Source: a bacterium (GTDB lineage Bacteria > Bacteroidota > Ignavibacteria > UBA10030). Taken from it: DNA of 32,186 bases. The stretch lies in NCBI GenBank assembly GCA_043803945.1, contig JAZDJN010000106.1:1-32186 (forward strand), written 5' to 3'. This document shows positions 8,789 through 17,041 of this stretch, one piece after another (positions within the stretch are counted from its first letter, which is position 1; each line of letters opens with the position of its first letter). A program made the position numbers and the translations under genes. Below the pieces are notes generated by a model that saw only the letters and a list, made by a program, of their open reading frames with translations, ran no database searches and was not told where the DNA came from.

Positions 8789-9784
8789 CTATCGATCAAT
8801 CTTAAGATTCAGCCAATGTTCTAGTGTTGTCAGAACGAGTTCTTTCTGCTCAGGTGGAAGGCTTCCGATGGTTGTCCCATGAAATCCGCCGGGCTTCACA
8901 ATTTTAATAGCATTCGTCTTGCCGGAGAGCTCCATTGCTGTTGCGCTCCAGGTATCATTCCCGCCATAAATATAGATGATGTTATTTCCGTAATCTCGCA
9001 ACCAGGAATAAACATTCTGCATCGTGGAGGGATTATAAACGTAGTGTACCTTTGGGGCCAGGATAATATTTGTTGGATCCTTCACTGCAGTTAGTAATCC
9101 TCTAAACTCAGTGATATCGTATCCATAATATCCAATTTCAGTATAAGCCTGATAAAAGAATGGGTGATAGAAAGTAACTGATTGATCGGAATACATACTG
9201 AATCCGACCACTTTTTCAAGATGCATCAGCAGAGAATCAGCAGGAGCTTGAGGTGAAGGGATGTCACTGTACTTAGCTCCCCCATACTGCCAGAAGGTAA
9301 AGGGGTACTCAAGCACCGCATACTCATACACCAGAGCTTTTCCTATTGCGAATTGATAACCTTTCTGTTGTGCAAGTTTATCGAGCAGCGGGAGAATCTC
9401 GGTTTTCCGCTGGAGCAATGCAAATTGATACTTCTTGATTTTCTCCCGCCATTCGGGGTCACCAACAGAACGTAACCATGTAAATATCCGTGGATCTTCC
9501 TGCGCAAGATTCACAGGTGCTACATACGGCACACTGACATCGACATCATTCGGAAAATAATAACGATAGAGAAGAGTAGTGTGCCCGCCTTTGCTGACTC
9601 CCTTTGAATGATCAAGCAACTGCCGGATGCGAATCTCATACCCCGCTTTGAACATCGAATCGGTTTTTATCAATGTTACTCCAACGATGTCTGGTATTGC
9701 CCTCAACTTTTGCAGGAGCTCATCACTTTGCCCATACGCCAGGAACGAGATCAGCAACAGCAGAAGGAGTAATCTTCGTATCAT
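8789..9784 (-). CDS. S37/S28-family prolyl tripeptidyl aminopeptidase-like protein with an apparent in-frame internal deletion (probable pseudogene)
   Basis: Signal peptide; QLLDH is followed within 2 residues by the nucleophile motif GVSKGG..YRYYFPNDVDVSVPYVAP; later EYPFTFWQYG, PFFYQAYTEIGYYGY, IYIYGGNDTWSAT. The usual FxQR..TEGY..VEHRYFG segment is absent. Confidence 0.75.
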   Translation of the reverse strand: MIRRLLLLLLLISFLAYGQSDELLQKLRAIPDIVGVTLIKTDSMFKAGYEIRIRQLLDHSKGVSKGGHTTLLYRYYFPNDVDVSVPYVAPVNLAQEDPRIFTWLRSVGDPEWREKIKKYQFALLQRKTEILPLLDKLAQQKGYQFAIGKALVYEYAVLEYPFTFWQYGGAKYSDIPSPQAPADSLLMHLEKVVGFSMYSDQSVTFYHPFFYQAYTEIGYYGYDITEFRGLLTAVKDPTNIILAPKVHYVYNPSTMQNVYSWLRDYGNNIIYIYGGNDTWSATAMELSGKTNAIKIVKPGGFHGTTIGSLPPEQKELVLTTLEHWLNLKIDR

Positions 9785-9924
9785 ACTTTTTCCCTCGTAA
9801 AGAAATCAGGGAGATACTATCATCGATTGTATGCAATGACCTTTAGTGTGGTCGCTAAATGAAAAAGCCTTTGAACTACTCAGTGAAATCCTTTTCCACA
9901 AGGACTCTCGAAACAACCATTCCA

Positions 9925-11112
9925 TTACTCCGGAGAGATCAGTATGAGATCAGTTTGGGGAGCCGAGAGAAATTCTGCACCATCATCTGTGACAACAACC
10001 ATTTCCTCAATTGTTGCTACTCCGCGGCCAGGGACAGTCAATCGCGGTTCGATCGTGAAAACCATATTCTTCTCGAGGGGGATGAAGGGCTTCTTCGCAT
10101 ACTTCTCCCAGGCAGGTCCGAGTAATGCCGTTCCATCATGAGCAAACCGGCCAACCTGATGTCCAAGGGCATGGGGAAATTCTTCGTAGCCTTCCGATAC
10201 GATCAGATTTCTGGCGATGGCATCGATTTCTTTTCCGAGAATTCCCGGCCTCATCGCGCTTCGAGAGTCTTCAATGGATCTCACAATTGTGGTGAATCCT
10301 TTGAGGACATCGGGCGGAGCCTGTGTCTCGCCTTTTTTGAGAAGATAGAATGTGCGCTGTATGTCTGAACAGTACTGTTCGTATTTCACCCCGAAATCAA
10401 TATTTAGTATATGTCCTTCCTGCGCGACCCGTTCCGTCGGACTGTAATGGGCTCCCGCAGTGTCAGGTCCGGTGAAGACTGCAGGGCAGACCTTCGGCTC
10501 CCAGGCAAGCGGAACTCCGCGTTCTTTCACTCGCTCTTTCATGAATTCCGCAATTTCTACTTCGGTTTTTCCAGGTTTGATAAATCTTGCCACCTCCGCA
10601 TAGACCTCGAGTGTGATATCGATCGCTTTTCTAATGAACCCTAGTTCTGCGGGAGTCTTCCGCTGACGCAGCGCAGAAATAATTGTCTCTGCAGAGACTA
10701 AACGTTCCTGATAGTCAATTTCTGCAAGGAAATCATATAGCGTGAGATACATCCCATGAGTCAGACCATCGCAGATTTCACTGTCTTTTGAATAGTTAAT
10801 AGCAATTGTTTTGGGATCCAATTTGGTGAGATATTCCTGAAAAGGTTTTTTAATTCCCTCAACAAATGTTGTCACTTCATCATAGACCTGGAGATCTTCA
10901 ATCATCTGCTTGTCGTACTTCCCAACGATGGCGCAAGTCTTGCCGGTTGATGAGATGATCAGCGCTGAGTGCCAGGTGAGATCGGCAGGTACAAGGTAAG
11001 GCAGCGTCGGGTCGCCATTGAGCGCTGACTCTCGAGTAAAGGTTATCCAACAATCGATTTGATATTCCTGCAAGATTCCAACGGCCTGTTTCACTTTCTC
11101 TTTGATCAGCAT
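9925..11112 (-). CDS. M24 family Xaa-Pro aminopeptidase/prolidase
   Basis: Metal ligands IDFGVKYEQYCSDIQRT, HALGHQVGRFAHD, FTIEPR, TIEEMVVVT; RBS AAAGGAG. Confidence 0.9.
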   Translation of the reverse strand: MLIKEKVKQAVGILQEYQIDCWITFTRESALNGDPTLPYLVPADLTWHSALIISSTGKTCAIVGKYDKQMIEDLQVYDEVTTFVEGIKKPFQEYLTKLDPKTIAINYSKDSEICDGLTHGMYLTLYDFLAEIDYQERLVSAETIISALRQRKTPAELGFIRKAIDITLEVYAEVARFIKPGKTEVEIAEFMKERVKERGVPLAWEPKVCPAVFTGPDTAGAHYSPTERVAQEGHILNIDFGVKYEQYCSDIQRTFYLLKKGETQAPPDVLKGFTTIVRSIEDSRSAMRPGILGKEIDAIARNLIVSEGYEEFPHALGHQVGRFAHDGTALLGPAWEKYAKKPFIPLEKNMVFTIEPRLTVPGRGVATIEEMVVVTDDGAEFLSAPQTDLILISPE

Positions 11113-11127
11113 AGGAACACTCCTTTC

Positions 11128-12402
11128 TTAAGCTGAGAAACGATTCAATTGTTTGCGGAACACTATAACAAGGATAGAGGAGAAAAATAATAATCCCGCA
11201 ATGATCATATAGTAGTGGTGATGGAAAAAGGAACTATAGAAACGCCCCAAGAGACCCGAACCATAACTCCCGATGGCGGTGGCACAGAACCATAATCCCA
11301 TCATTACTCCCTGAATCCGCCGCGGAGCGACCTTCGAGACAAATGACTGTCCCATAGGAGAAACCATAATTTCTGAAACACTGATAATGAAATAGGCACC
11401 AACGAGCCAAAGCGGCGACATAATTTTCTCATCCAGATTGCCTCCGGCCATCGAGGCAAACACCATCGTGACCATCGAGAATCCGGAGATAAACATCCCC
11501 CAAAAGATTTTTGTCGCGCTTGAGGGCTCCTTCCCTTTTCGACGAAGCGAAGCAAAGAAGGAAACCAGAAGAGGGGTAAGCAGAAGAATGAAAAAGGGAT
11601 TGAAAAACTGATACGTCTCAGGTCGAAGGACTTCAGAAACAATGGTCGACCGCTTCGCAAACAGCGTAAGAGCAAAACCATTTTGATAAAACGCAATCCA
11701 GAAGAAGATGACGATAGTAAAGAGGATCAGGCAGGTTATGATTCGCTGGCTATCTTCCTGATTTTTTTCATTCTCTGTTTGCCGGTTATTCTCAAATGAT
11801 GATCCCTGTTTCTGCGCCAGGGCTGAGATCTGCTTTTTTCCAAGGCCGAAGATCAGCAGGGACAATAACATTCCTATCGAGGCGGCAGCAAAGGAAAGTT
11901 GATAACTGCCGAATGCTACACTGATTGCCGTAGCGACGAGCGGTGCTATGGTAGCTCCAAGGTTGACACCCATATAGTAAATGTTGTACCCTGCATCTTT
12001 CAGAGGATCGCTCGTCTCATAGAGTTCACCAATTGAGACTGAAATGTTGACTTTAAAAATTCCAGTACCGAGGGCAATGAGAAAGAGGCCGATGTAGAAA
12101 AACTCTAATCGGGTTGATGAGGAAGCCGCCAACGCCGCGAAGCCGATTGCCATCAAACTGCCGCCGAGGCGAATAGAATTCATCCTGCCGATGACTCTAT
12201 CGCCAAGCCAGCCTCCGAGCAAGGGAAGAAAATAGACCAGACCAAGAAAGATCCCGTACAGATCTCCCTTCTGTTCGTCATTCCAGTCAAATTCTTTTTC
12301 CATATACAACACGAACACCGCCATTAACGTGTAGAAGCCAAATCGTTCCCACATCTCTGTGAAAAAGAGTACCGCGAGACCTTTAGGATGTTTCTTGAAC
12401 AT
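11128..12402 (-). CDS. POT/PTR family proton-coupled di/tripeptide MFS transporter
   Basis: ExxER motif HPKGLAVLFFTEMWERFGFY; LGGWLGDRVIG; GTGIFKVNIS; YYMGVNLGA; SEIMVSPMGQSFVSKVAP. Confidence 0.92.
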   Translation of the reverse strand: MFKKHPKGLAVLFFTEMWERFGFYTLMAVFVLYMEKEFDWNDEQKGDLYGIFLGLVYFLPLLGGWLGDRVIGRMNSIRLGGSLMAIGFAALAASSSTRLEFFYIGLFLIALGTGIFKVNISVSIGELYETSDPLKDAGYNIYYMGVNLGATIAPLVATAISVAFGSYQLSFAAASIGMLLSLLIFGLGKKQISALAQKQGSSFENNRQTENEKNQEDSQRIITCLILFTIVIFFWIAFYQNGFALTLFAKRSTIVSEVLRPETYQFFNPFFILLLTPLLVSFFASLRRKGKEPSSATKIFWGMFISGFSMVTMVFASMAGGNLDEKIMSPLWLVGAYFIISVSEIMVSPMGQSFVSKVAPRRIQGVMMGLWFCATAIGSYGSGLLGRFYSSFFHHHYYMIIAGLLFFSSILVIVFRKQLNRFSA

Positions 12403-12471
12403 GATTGTTCCTTCAAACCATATATGTATGTATTGGATGGATAATAAAGCAGTTACTGCAATAAACGAGAA

Positions 12472-12505
12472 ACCGAGTTAAAGTACTTATTTCCTTCAAC
12501 TCGGT
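12472..12505. terminator. Stem-loop downstream of hypD (terminator or REP-like stabiliser)
   Basis: ACCGAGTTAAAG-N10-CTTCAACTCGGT, 11/12 paired, 40 nt after the hypD stop. Only a short TTCT tail follows on the minus strand. Confidence 0.45.
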
Positions 12506-12545
12506 CTCCTCAAGGAAACTGTGGTACTAGATCGATGACGATCAA

Positions 12546-14906
12546 TCAGTATGACTTATGTTCAGTACGAGCGATAATCTCATCCTGCAAAGCCCGGCCT
12601 AAATCGCAGAAGTAGTCGCTATATCCTGCAACGCGAACGATCAGGTCTCGATGCTGATCAGGATTCGCCTGAGCATCGCGAAGCATCTCGGCATCGACAA
12701 CATTAAATTGAATATGATGTCCGCCGAGGGTAAAATACGATCTGACAAGATGGGAAAGATTATCGATCCCTTTTTCACTTTCAAGAAGTTGAGGCGTAAA
12801 CTTTTGGTTCAATAAGGTGCCGCCCGTTTTGGAGTGATCCATTTTGGACGCCGATTTTAGGACTGCAGTTGGTCCATTCCGATCGGCCCCTTGCACCGGA
12901 GAAATTCCCTCCGATAAGGGAACGCCGGCTTTACGTCCATCCGGTGTTGCACCAATAACCGATCCAAAATAAACATGGCATGTTGTCGGTAACATGTTAA
13001 TACGATAATATCCACCTTTCGTATTTTTCCGGCCATTCACTTCATTGTAGAATGAATTGAAAAGATCACGCATGATGTCATCGGCGTATTCATCATCATT
13101 GCCGTACTTCGGAGATTTATTCGTGAACAATAATTGGGTCTTCTCATACTCCTCATAATTTTTGTCAATGACCTTCAAAAGATCAGCCATCGTCATGGTC
13201 TTTTCATCGAACACATGCTTCTTAATGGATGCAAAACTATCCGTCAAGGTGCCGATACCCACTCCCTGGATATAGTTTGTATTATATCGGGCTCCGCCGC
13301 AATTATAATCCTTGCCAGTCTTACTACAATCGTCGATCAGGACGGAGAGAAATGGTACAGGCAGATAGGTTGCGTATAACTGTTCGATGAGGAGATTGCC
13401 GCGCATCTTTATATCGATGAAATGCCTGAGTTGTTTCTTGTACGCCTCCATCAATTCATCGAATGAGGCGAACGTCGTAGAATCGCCGGTTTCGATGCCA
13501 AGTCTTTTCCCTGTCCGGGGGTCAATCCCATTATGTAACGTGATTTCAAAGACCTTGGTAAGGTTGAAATATCCGGTTAAAATGTAACTCTCTTTTCCAA
13601 AGGCTCCGGTTTCAACACAGCCGCTGGTCCCGCCATTTCGTGCATCCTCTATCGATTTTCCTTGTCGCAGCATTTCTTCAATGACTGTATCGGCATTAAA
13701 GATAGAGGGTTGCCCGGTTCCTTTCCGGATAACTTTACATGCCTTTTTCAGGAACTCATCAGGATTCTTCTTGCTGAGTTGGATGTTCGAACTTGGCTGG
13801 ACCAATCGCATCTCGTCGATCACTTCGAGAACCAGGTACGTCACCTCGTTGACTCCATCGCTCCCATCAGAGCGGAGTCCGCCGCTATTGATATTCGCAA
13901 AGTCGGTGTAGGTCGAACTCTCCGCCGCAGTGACTCCCACTTTGGGTGGAGCCGGTTGGTTGTTGAATTTCACCCAGAAACACTGCAGGAGCTCCCTTGC
14001 CTCCTCCTTGGTGAGAGTTTCTTCCCGAAGGCCTTTACTATAAAAGGGATAAAGATGCTGATCCAACCTGCCCGGATTGAACGCATCCCACGGATTCAAT
14101 TCTGTGATAACTCCAAGGTGAACAAACCAATAGTACTGAAGTGCTTCCCAGAAGGTACGGGGGGCGTGAGCGGGAACGTAACGACAGATCTGCTCAATCG
14201 CTTCCAGTTCTTTCTTTCGTTCAGGATTTTGCTCGTGAGCAGCAAGCTCTTTGACCTTGTCCGCGTAGCGTTGTGCGAAAGCCATGATCGCATCAACGCA
14301 AATCAGCATTGCCTTCAACTCCTCTTGCTTATCATAAGCCTGAGGATCATTGAAGTAGTCCAATGCTTTGAGACTGTTCTGAATATCAGATTTAAAATCC
14401 AGCATTCCCTTCCGATAAATTTTATCGTCCAGTACAGTATGACCGGGCGCCCGCTGTTCCATAAATTCGGTGAACAAGCCGGCAGCATACGATTCTTTCC
14501 ACTCATCGGTCATCTCATCGAAAATCTTTTCACGGATCGTCTTGCCGCGCCAGAATGGAATTATCTGTTCCTTATAGATCGTACGTGTCTCGGAATTCAC
14601 CCGAAACCAAATCTTCTCGCGGCTGTTCAGGATATCCAGGTCCTGTAAACTGTGACAGCAGAGCTCCGGGTAGGTATATGTCGATTTCGGTGCAGGGCCC
14701 CGCTCTCCAACGATGAGTTCGCCATCATTAATACAAATCTCTTTATTCTCAAAGATGGTTTTAAAGACCACTGCCCTCTTCACCGGTGTGGAGACAAATC
14801 CAGCTTCCTGATATGCCTTTGTAAGCAAGAGCGCTCGTTCGGGGGAAATATGGGGAATAGCATTCAGGCTTTGTTCCCGCAGCCGTTTCACTCGATCCGT
14901 CATCAC
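12546..14906 (-). CDS. hypD: Glycyl radical enzyme trans-4-hydroxy-L-proline dehydratase
   Basis: HypD-diagnostic motifs EFMEQRAPGH, NPWDAF, PPKVGVTAAESSTYTDFANI, GGTSGCVE (single Cys plus Glu), YILTGY, MLPTTCHVYFG; glycyl loop VRVAGYS. Confidence 0.93.
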   Translation of the reverse strand: MMTDRVKRLREQSLNAIPHISPERALLLTKAYQEAGFVSTPVKRAVVFKTIFENKEICINDGELIVGERGPAPKSTYTYPELCCHSLQDLDILNSREKIWFRVNSETRTIYKEQIIPFWRGKTIREKIFDEMTDEWKESYAAGLFTEFMEQRAPGHTVLDDKIYRKGMLDFKSDIQNSLKALDYFNDPQAYDKQEELKAMLICVDAIMAFAQRYADKVKELAAHEQNPERKKELEAIEQICRYVPAHAPRTFWEALQYYWFVHLGVITELNPWDAFNPGRLDQHLYPFYSKGLREETLTKEEARELLQCFWVKFNNQPAPPKVGVTAAESSTYTDFANINSGGLRSDGSDGVNEVTYLVLEVIDEMRLVQPSSNIQLSKKNPDEFLKKACKVIRKGTGQPSIFNADTVIEEMLRQGKSIEDARNGGTSGCVETGAFGKESYILTGYFNLTKVFEITLHNGIDPRTGKRLGIETGDSTTFASFDELMEAYKKQLRHFIDIKMRGNLLIEQLYATYLPVPFLSVLIDDCSKTGKDYNCGGARYNTNYIQGVGIGTLTDSFASIKKHVFDEKTMTMADLLKVIDKNYEEYEKTQLLFTNKSPKYGNDDEYADDIMRDLFNSFYNEVNGRKNTKGGYYRINMLPTTCHVYFGSVIGATPDGRKAGVPLSEGISPVQGADRNGPTAVLKSASKMDHSKTGGTLLNQKFTPQLLESEKGIDNLSHLVRSYFTLGGHHIQFNVVDAEMLRDAQANPDQHRDLIVRVAGYSDYFCDLGRALQDEIIARTEHKSY

Positions 14907-15809
14907 TTACCCTCCTATTGATACTTTTTCAACATACGCTTGCAAGAGGCTCGCGACTCCCTCAACCGAAAGTTTGGTCGGGGAAAGTAAATCACCGACA
15001 ACATAATTCATCCCAAGCCTTTGGTACTTCTCCACTCCTGCATGATGGAACGGAAGCACTTGAATTTCCTTAATATTTTTGAGTGATGCAAGGTATCGAC
15101 CGGCATCATGGAGATGCTGGGCGTTATCATTAATTCCCGGAATGAGCGGAATCCGAATGATGACTTCCTTCTGCCATTCAATGAGGCGCTCAAGATTCTC
15201 TTTGATCAATGTATTTGAGACACCGGTGAATTCCTTATGCTTCGCTTCATCCTGGATCTTGAAGTCATAGAGGAAAAGATCAGTGTACCGGCTCACACTA
15301 TCAAGAATTTCCGGAGAGGTAAGGCCCGTTGTGTCTATTGCAGTATGGAGGTCGTGCCTCTTACACAATTCCAGTATCGACAAGAGGAATTCATATTGTA
15401 AAAGAGGTTCTCCGCCAGAGAAGGTGACGCCTCCACCGGAACGGTCAAAGAACACCCGATCTTTGACAATCTCCTGGAATAATTCTTCAGTGCTGATCTC
15501 TCTCCCCACCACGACACGGGCATCTGCTGCACAAGCATCGACACATTTCCCGCACTGAATACACTTGTTTCGGTCTGTGATAAACCCATGCTCTAGTTCG
15601 ACAATAGCTTCATGGTCACATCGCTCCACACAATCGCCGCAGCGAATGCACCGATCGGGGCGCAGCATAATCTCCATCTTCGGGGATATTGATTCAGGAT
15701 TATGACACCACTGGCATTTGAGCGGACAGCCTTTCAGAAAAACAGTGGTCCGTACTCCCGGGCCATCACTCACCGAATACCGCATGATATTGAATATCAT
15801 CCCCTTCAT
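14907..15809 (-). CDS. Glycyl-radical enzyme activating protein (radical SAM with 2x[4Fe-4S] ferredoxin insert), HypD activase
   Basis: DGPGVRTTVFLKGCPLKCQWCHNPES; CIRCGDCVERC and CIQCGKCVDAC; GGVTFSGGEPLLQ; abuts hypD. Confidence 0.93.
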   Translation of the reverse strand: MKGMIFNIMRYSVSDGPGVRTTVFLKGCPLKCQWCHNPESISPKMEIMLRPDRCIRCGDCVERCDHEAIVELEHGFITDRNKCIQCGKCVDACAADARVVVGREISTEELFQEIVKDRVFFDRSGGGVTFSGGEPLLQYEFLLSILELCKRHDLHTAIDTTGLTSPEILDSVSRYTDLFLYDFKIQDEAKHKEFTGVSNTLIKENLERLIEWQKEVIIRIPLIPGINDNAQHLHDAGRYLASLKNIKEIQVLPFHHAGVEKYQRLGMNYVVGDLLSPTKLSVEGVASLLQAYVEKVSIGG

Positions 15810-15823
15810 CTGTCAGTTGCCAC

Positions 15824-16879
15824 TCAAATTAAAAAACCGTTTCTGAATGGATCGTCCGGGTCAATCCAGAATTCATTTCTTCCGGTCATGAATGCAGTTC
15901 CTTCAACTTCCGGGATGATCGCATCATAATGCTCAAATGTTGTCTTCCGTACGACTCGGCCGATAAAACGGCTGCCGATGATACTTTCGATGGTAAGCGG
16001 CTGGCCGACCACGATTTGCTTCCGGGCAAAGTGGATTGCCATACGCGCACTCACTCCCGTACCGGTCGGGGATCGATCGACTTCGCCATCGGCGAAGATA
16101 CAGACATTTCTGCTATCGGCACCCGGGCCGATTGGAGGAGCGATAAAAATGGTGCCATAGAGAAAACTCAGATCGTTTTCAAAGGGATGAATAATCGGCC
16201 GTGCGTTCATTACTGCGCGCTTGATCGCCATGCCTTTCTCGACAAGCTCGGCATATTCTTCAGGTCTGCAGGAAAGGCCAACCTGATCTGCCTGCACAAA
16301 CGCATAGAACGCTCCTCCGAACGCAAGATCGTAACGGATCGTTCCCAGTCCTGGCACCTGAATCGTTTCATCCAGCGCCATTACGAACGAAGGCACATTG
16401 CGGAATGCGACACTCTGAACTCTCCCCTCCGATACTTTGGCATGAGCAGTGATTAAACCGGCAGGAGCATCGATACGAATAATGGTCTCAGGTTCTTTGA
16501 CTTTTACGAGGCCTGTTTCAGCAGCGACCATGGAGACAGCAATAATGCCATGGCCGCACATCGTACTATATCCTTCATTGTGAAGAAAGAGGATCCCAAA
16601 ATCCGCTTCAGTGCTCACTGGTGAGGTGATGATACATCCGTACATCTCATGGTGGCCGCGGGGTTCCCACATCAGCGCTGTGCGGAGAAAATCCAATTTT
16701 TCTTTTGCAAATCTCCGCTGCTCGAGGATGGTCCCACCGGGAAGTTCCGGATAGCCATCAATAATAATTCTCAAGGGCTCTCCGCCGGAGTGCGCATCTA
16801 CTGTAACGATCTTCACCCATTGGTCCGGAGGTCTCCAGTTGATCATTGGTTTTCGAAGAGTACTGCTGTCTGTCTTCAT
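15824..16879 (-). CDS. Proline racemase superfamily, Cys/Thr type: probable trans-3-hydroxy-L-proline dehydratase
   Basis: DAHSGGEPLR; EPRGH; STMCGH; and DRSPTGTG with Thr where racemases/epimerases have Cys. Confidence 0.8.
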   Translation of the reverse strand: MKTDSSTLRKPMINWRPPDQWVKIVTVDAHSGGEPLRIIIDGYPELPGGTILEQRRFAKEKLDFLRTALMWEPRGHHEMYGCIITSPVSTEADFGILFLHNEGYSTMCGHGIIAVSMVAAETGLVKVKEPETIIRIDAPAGLITAHAKVSEGRVQSVAFRNVPSFVMALDETIQVPGLGTIRYDLAFGGAFYAFVQADQVGLSCRPEEYAELVEKGMAIKRAVMNARPIIHPFENDLSFLYGTIFIAPPIGPGADSRNVCIFADGEVDRSPTGTGVSARMAIHFARKQIVVGQPLTIESIIGSRFIGRVVRKTTFEHYDAIIPEVEGTAFMTGRNEFWIDPDDPFRNGFLI

Positions 16880-16911
16880 TGTTGATGTCCCGAGTTCGTC
16901 CAGTTGGTTCG

Positions 16912-16928
16912 TTCAAATATCATGCCAA
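16912..16928 (-). promoter_or_regulatory. Candidate sigma54 -24/-12 promoter of the hydroxyproline operon
   Basis: Minus strand TTGGCATGATATTTGAA = TGGCA-N6-TTGA, correct GG-N10-G spacing but GA instead of GC at -12; 32 nt upstream of the ATG. Confidence 0.55.
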
Positions 16929-16966
16929 ACCTTTTTCCATCTTTTTCTCTTAATGTTCACGGATAC

Positions 16967-16982
16967 TTCTCAACAATGAGAA
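16967..16982. promoter_or_regulatory. Palindromic candidate regulator (enhancer-binding protein) site
   Basis: Perfect inverted repeat TTCTCA-ACAA-TGAGAA, about 40 nt upstream of the -24 element. Confidence 0.4.
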
Positions 16983-17041
16983 ATAATCGGCGAAAATGGA
17001 AGAGGTGATAAAAGAAGCTGCTATAAGAGTTAATATTTTTT

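Noticed and set aside
13662-14648. 328-aa plus-strand ORF
   Set aside because: Antisense shadow of hypD with no recognisable motifs. The same applies to the other short ORFs nested in or opposite the called genes.
12546-14906. Pyruvate formate-lyase or choline TMA-lyase
   Set aside because: Single Cys in SGCVE (PFL has CC), HypD-specific motifs are present, and there are no microcompartment genes.
15824-16879. Proline racemase (prdF) or 4-hydroxyproline 2-epimerase
   Set aside because: The second catalytic position is Thr (DRSPTGTG), not Cys; the Cys/Thr pair indicates a dehydratase.
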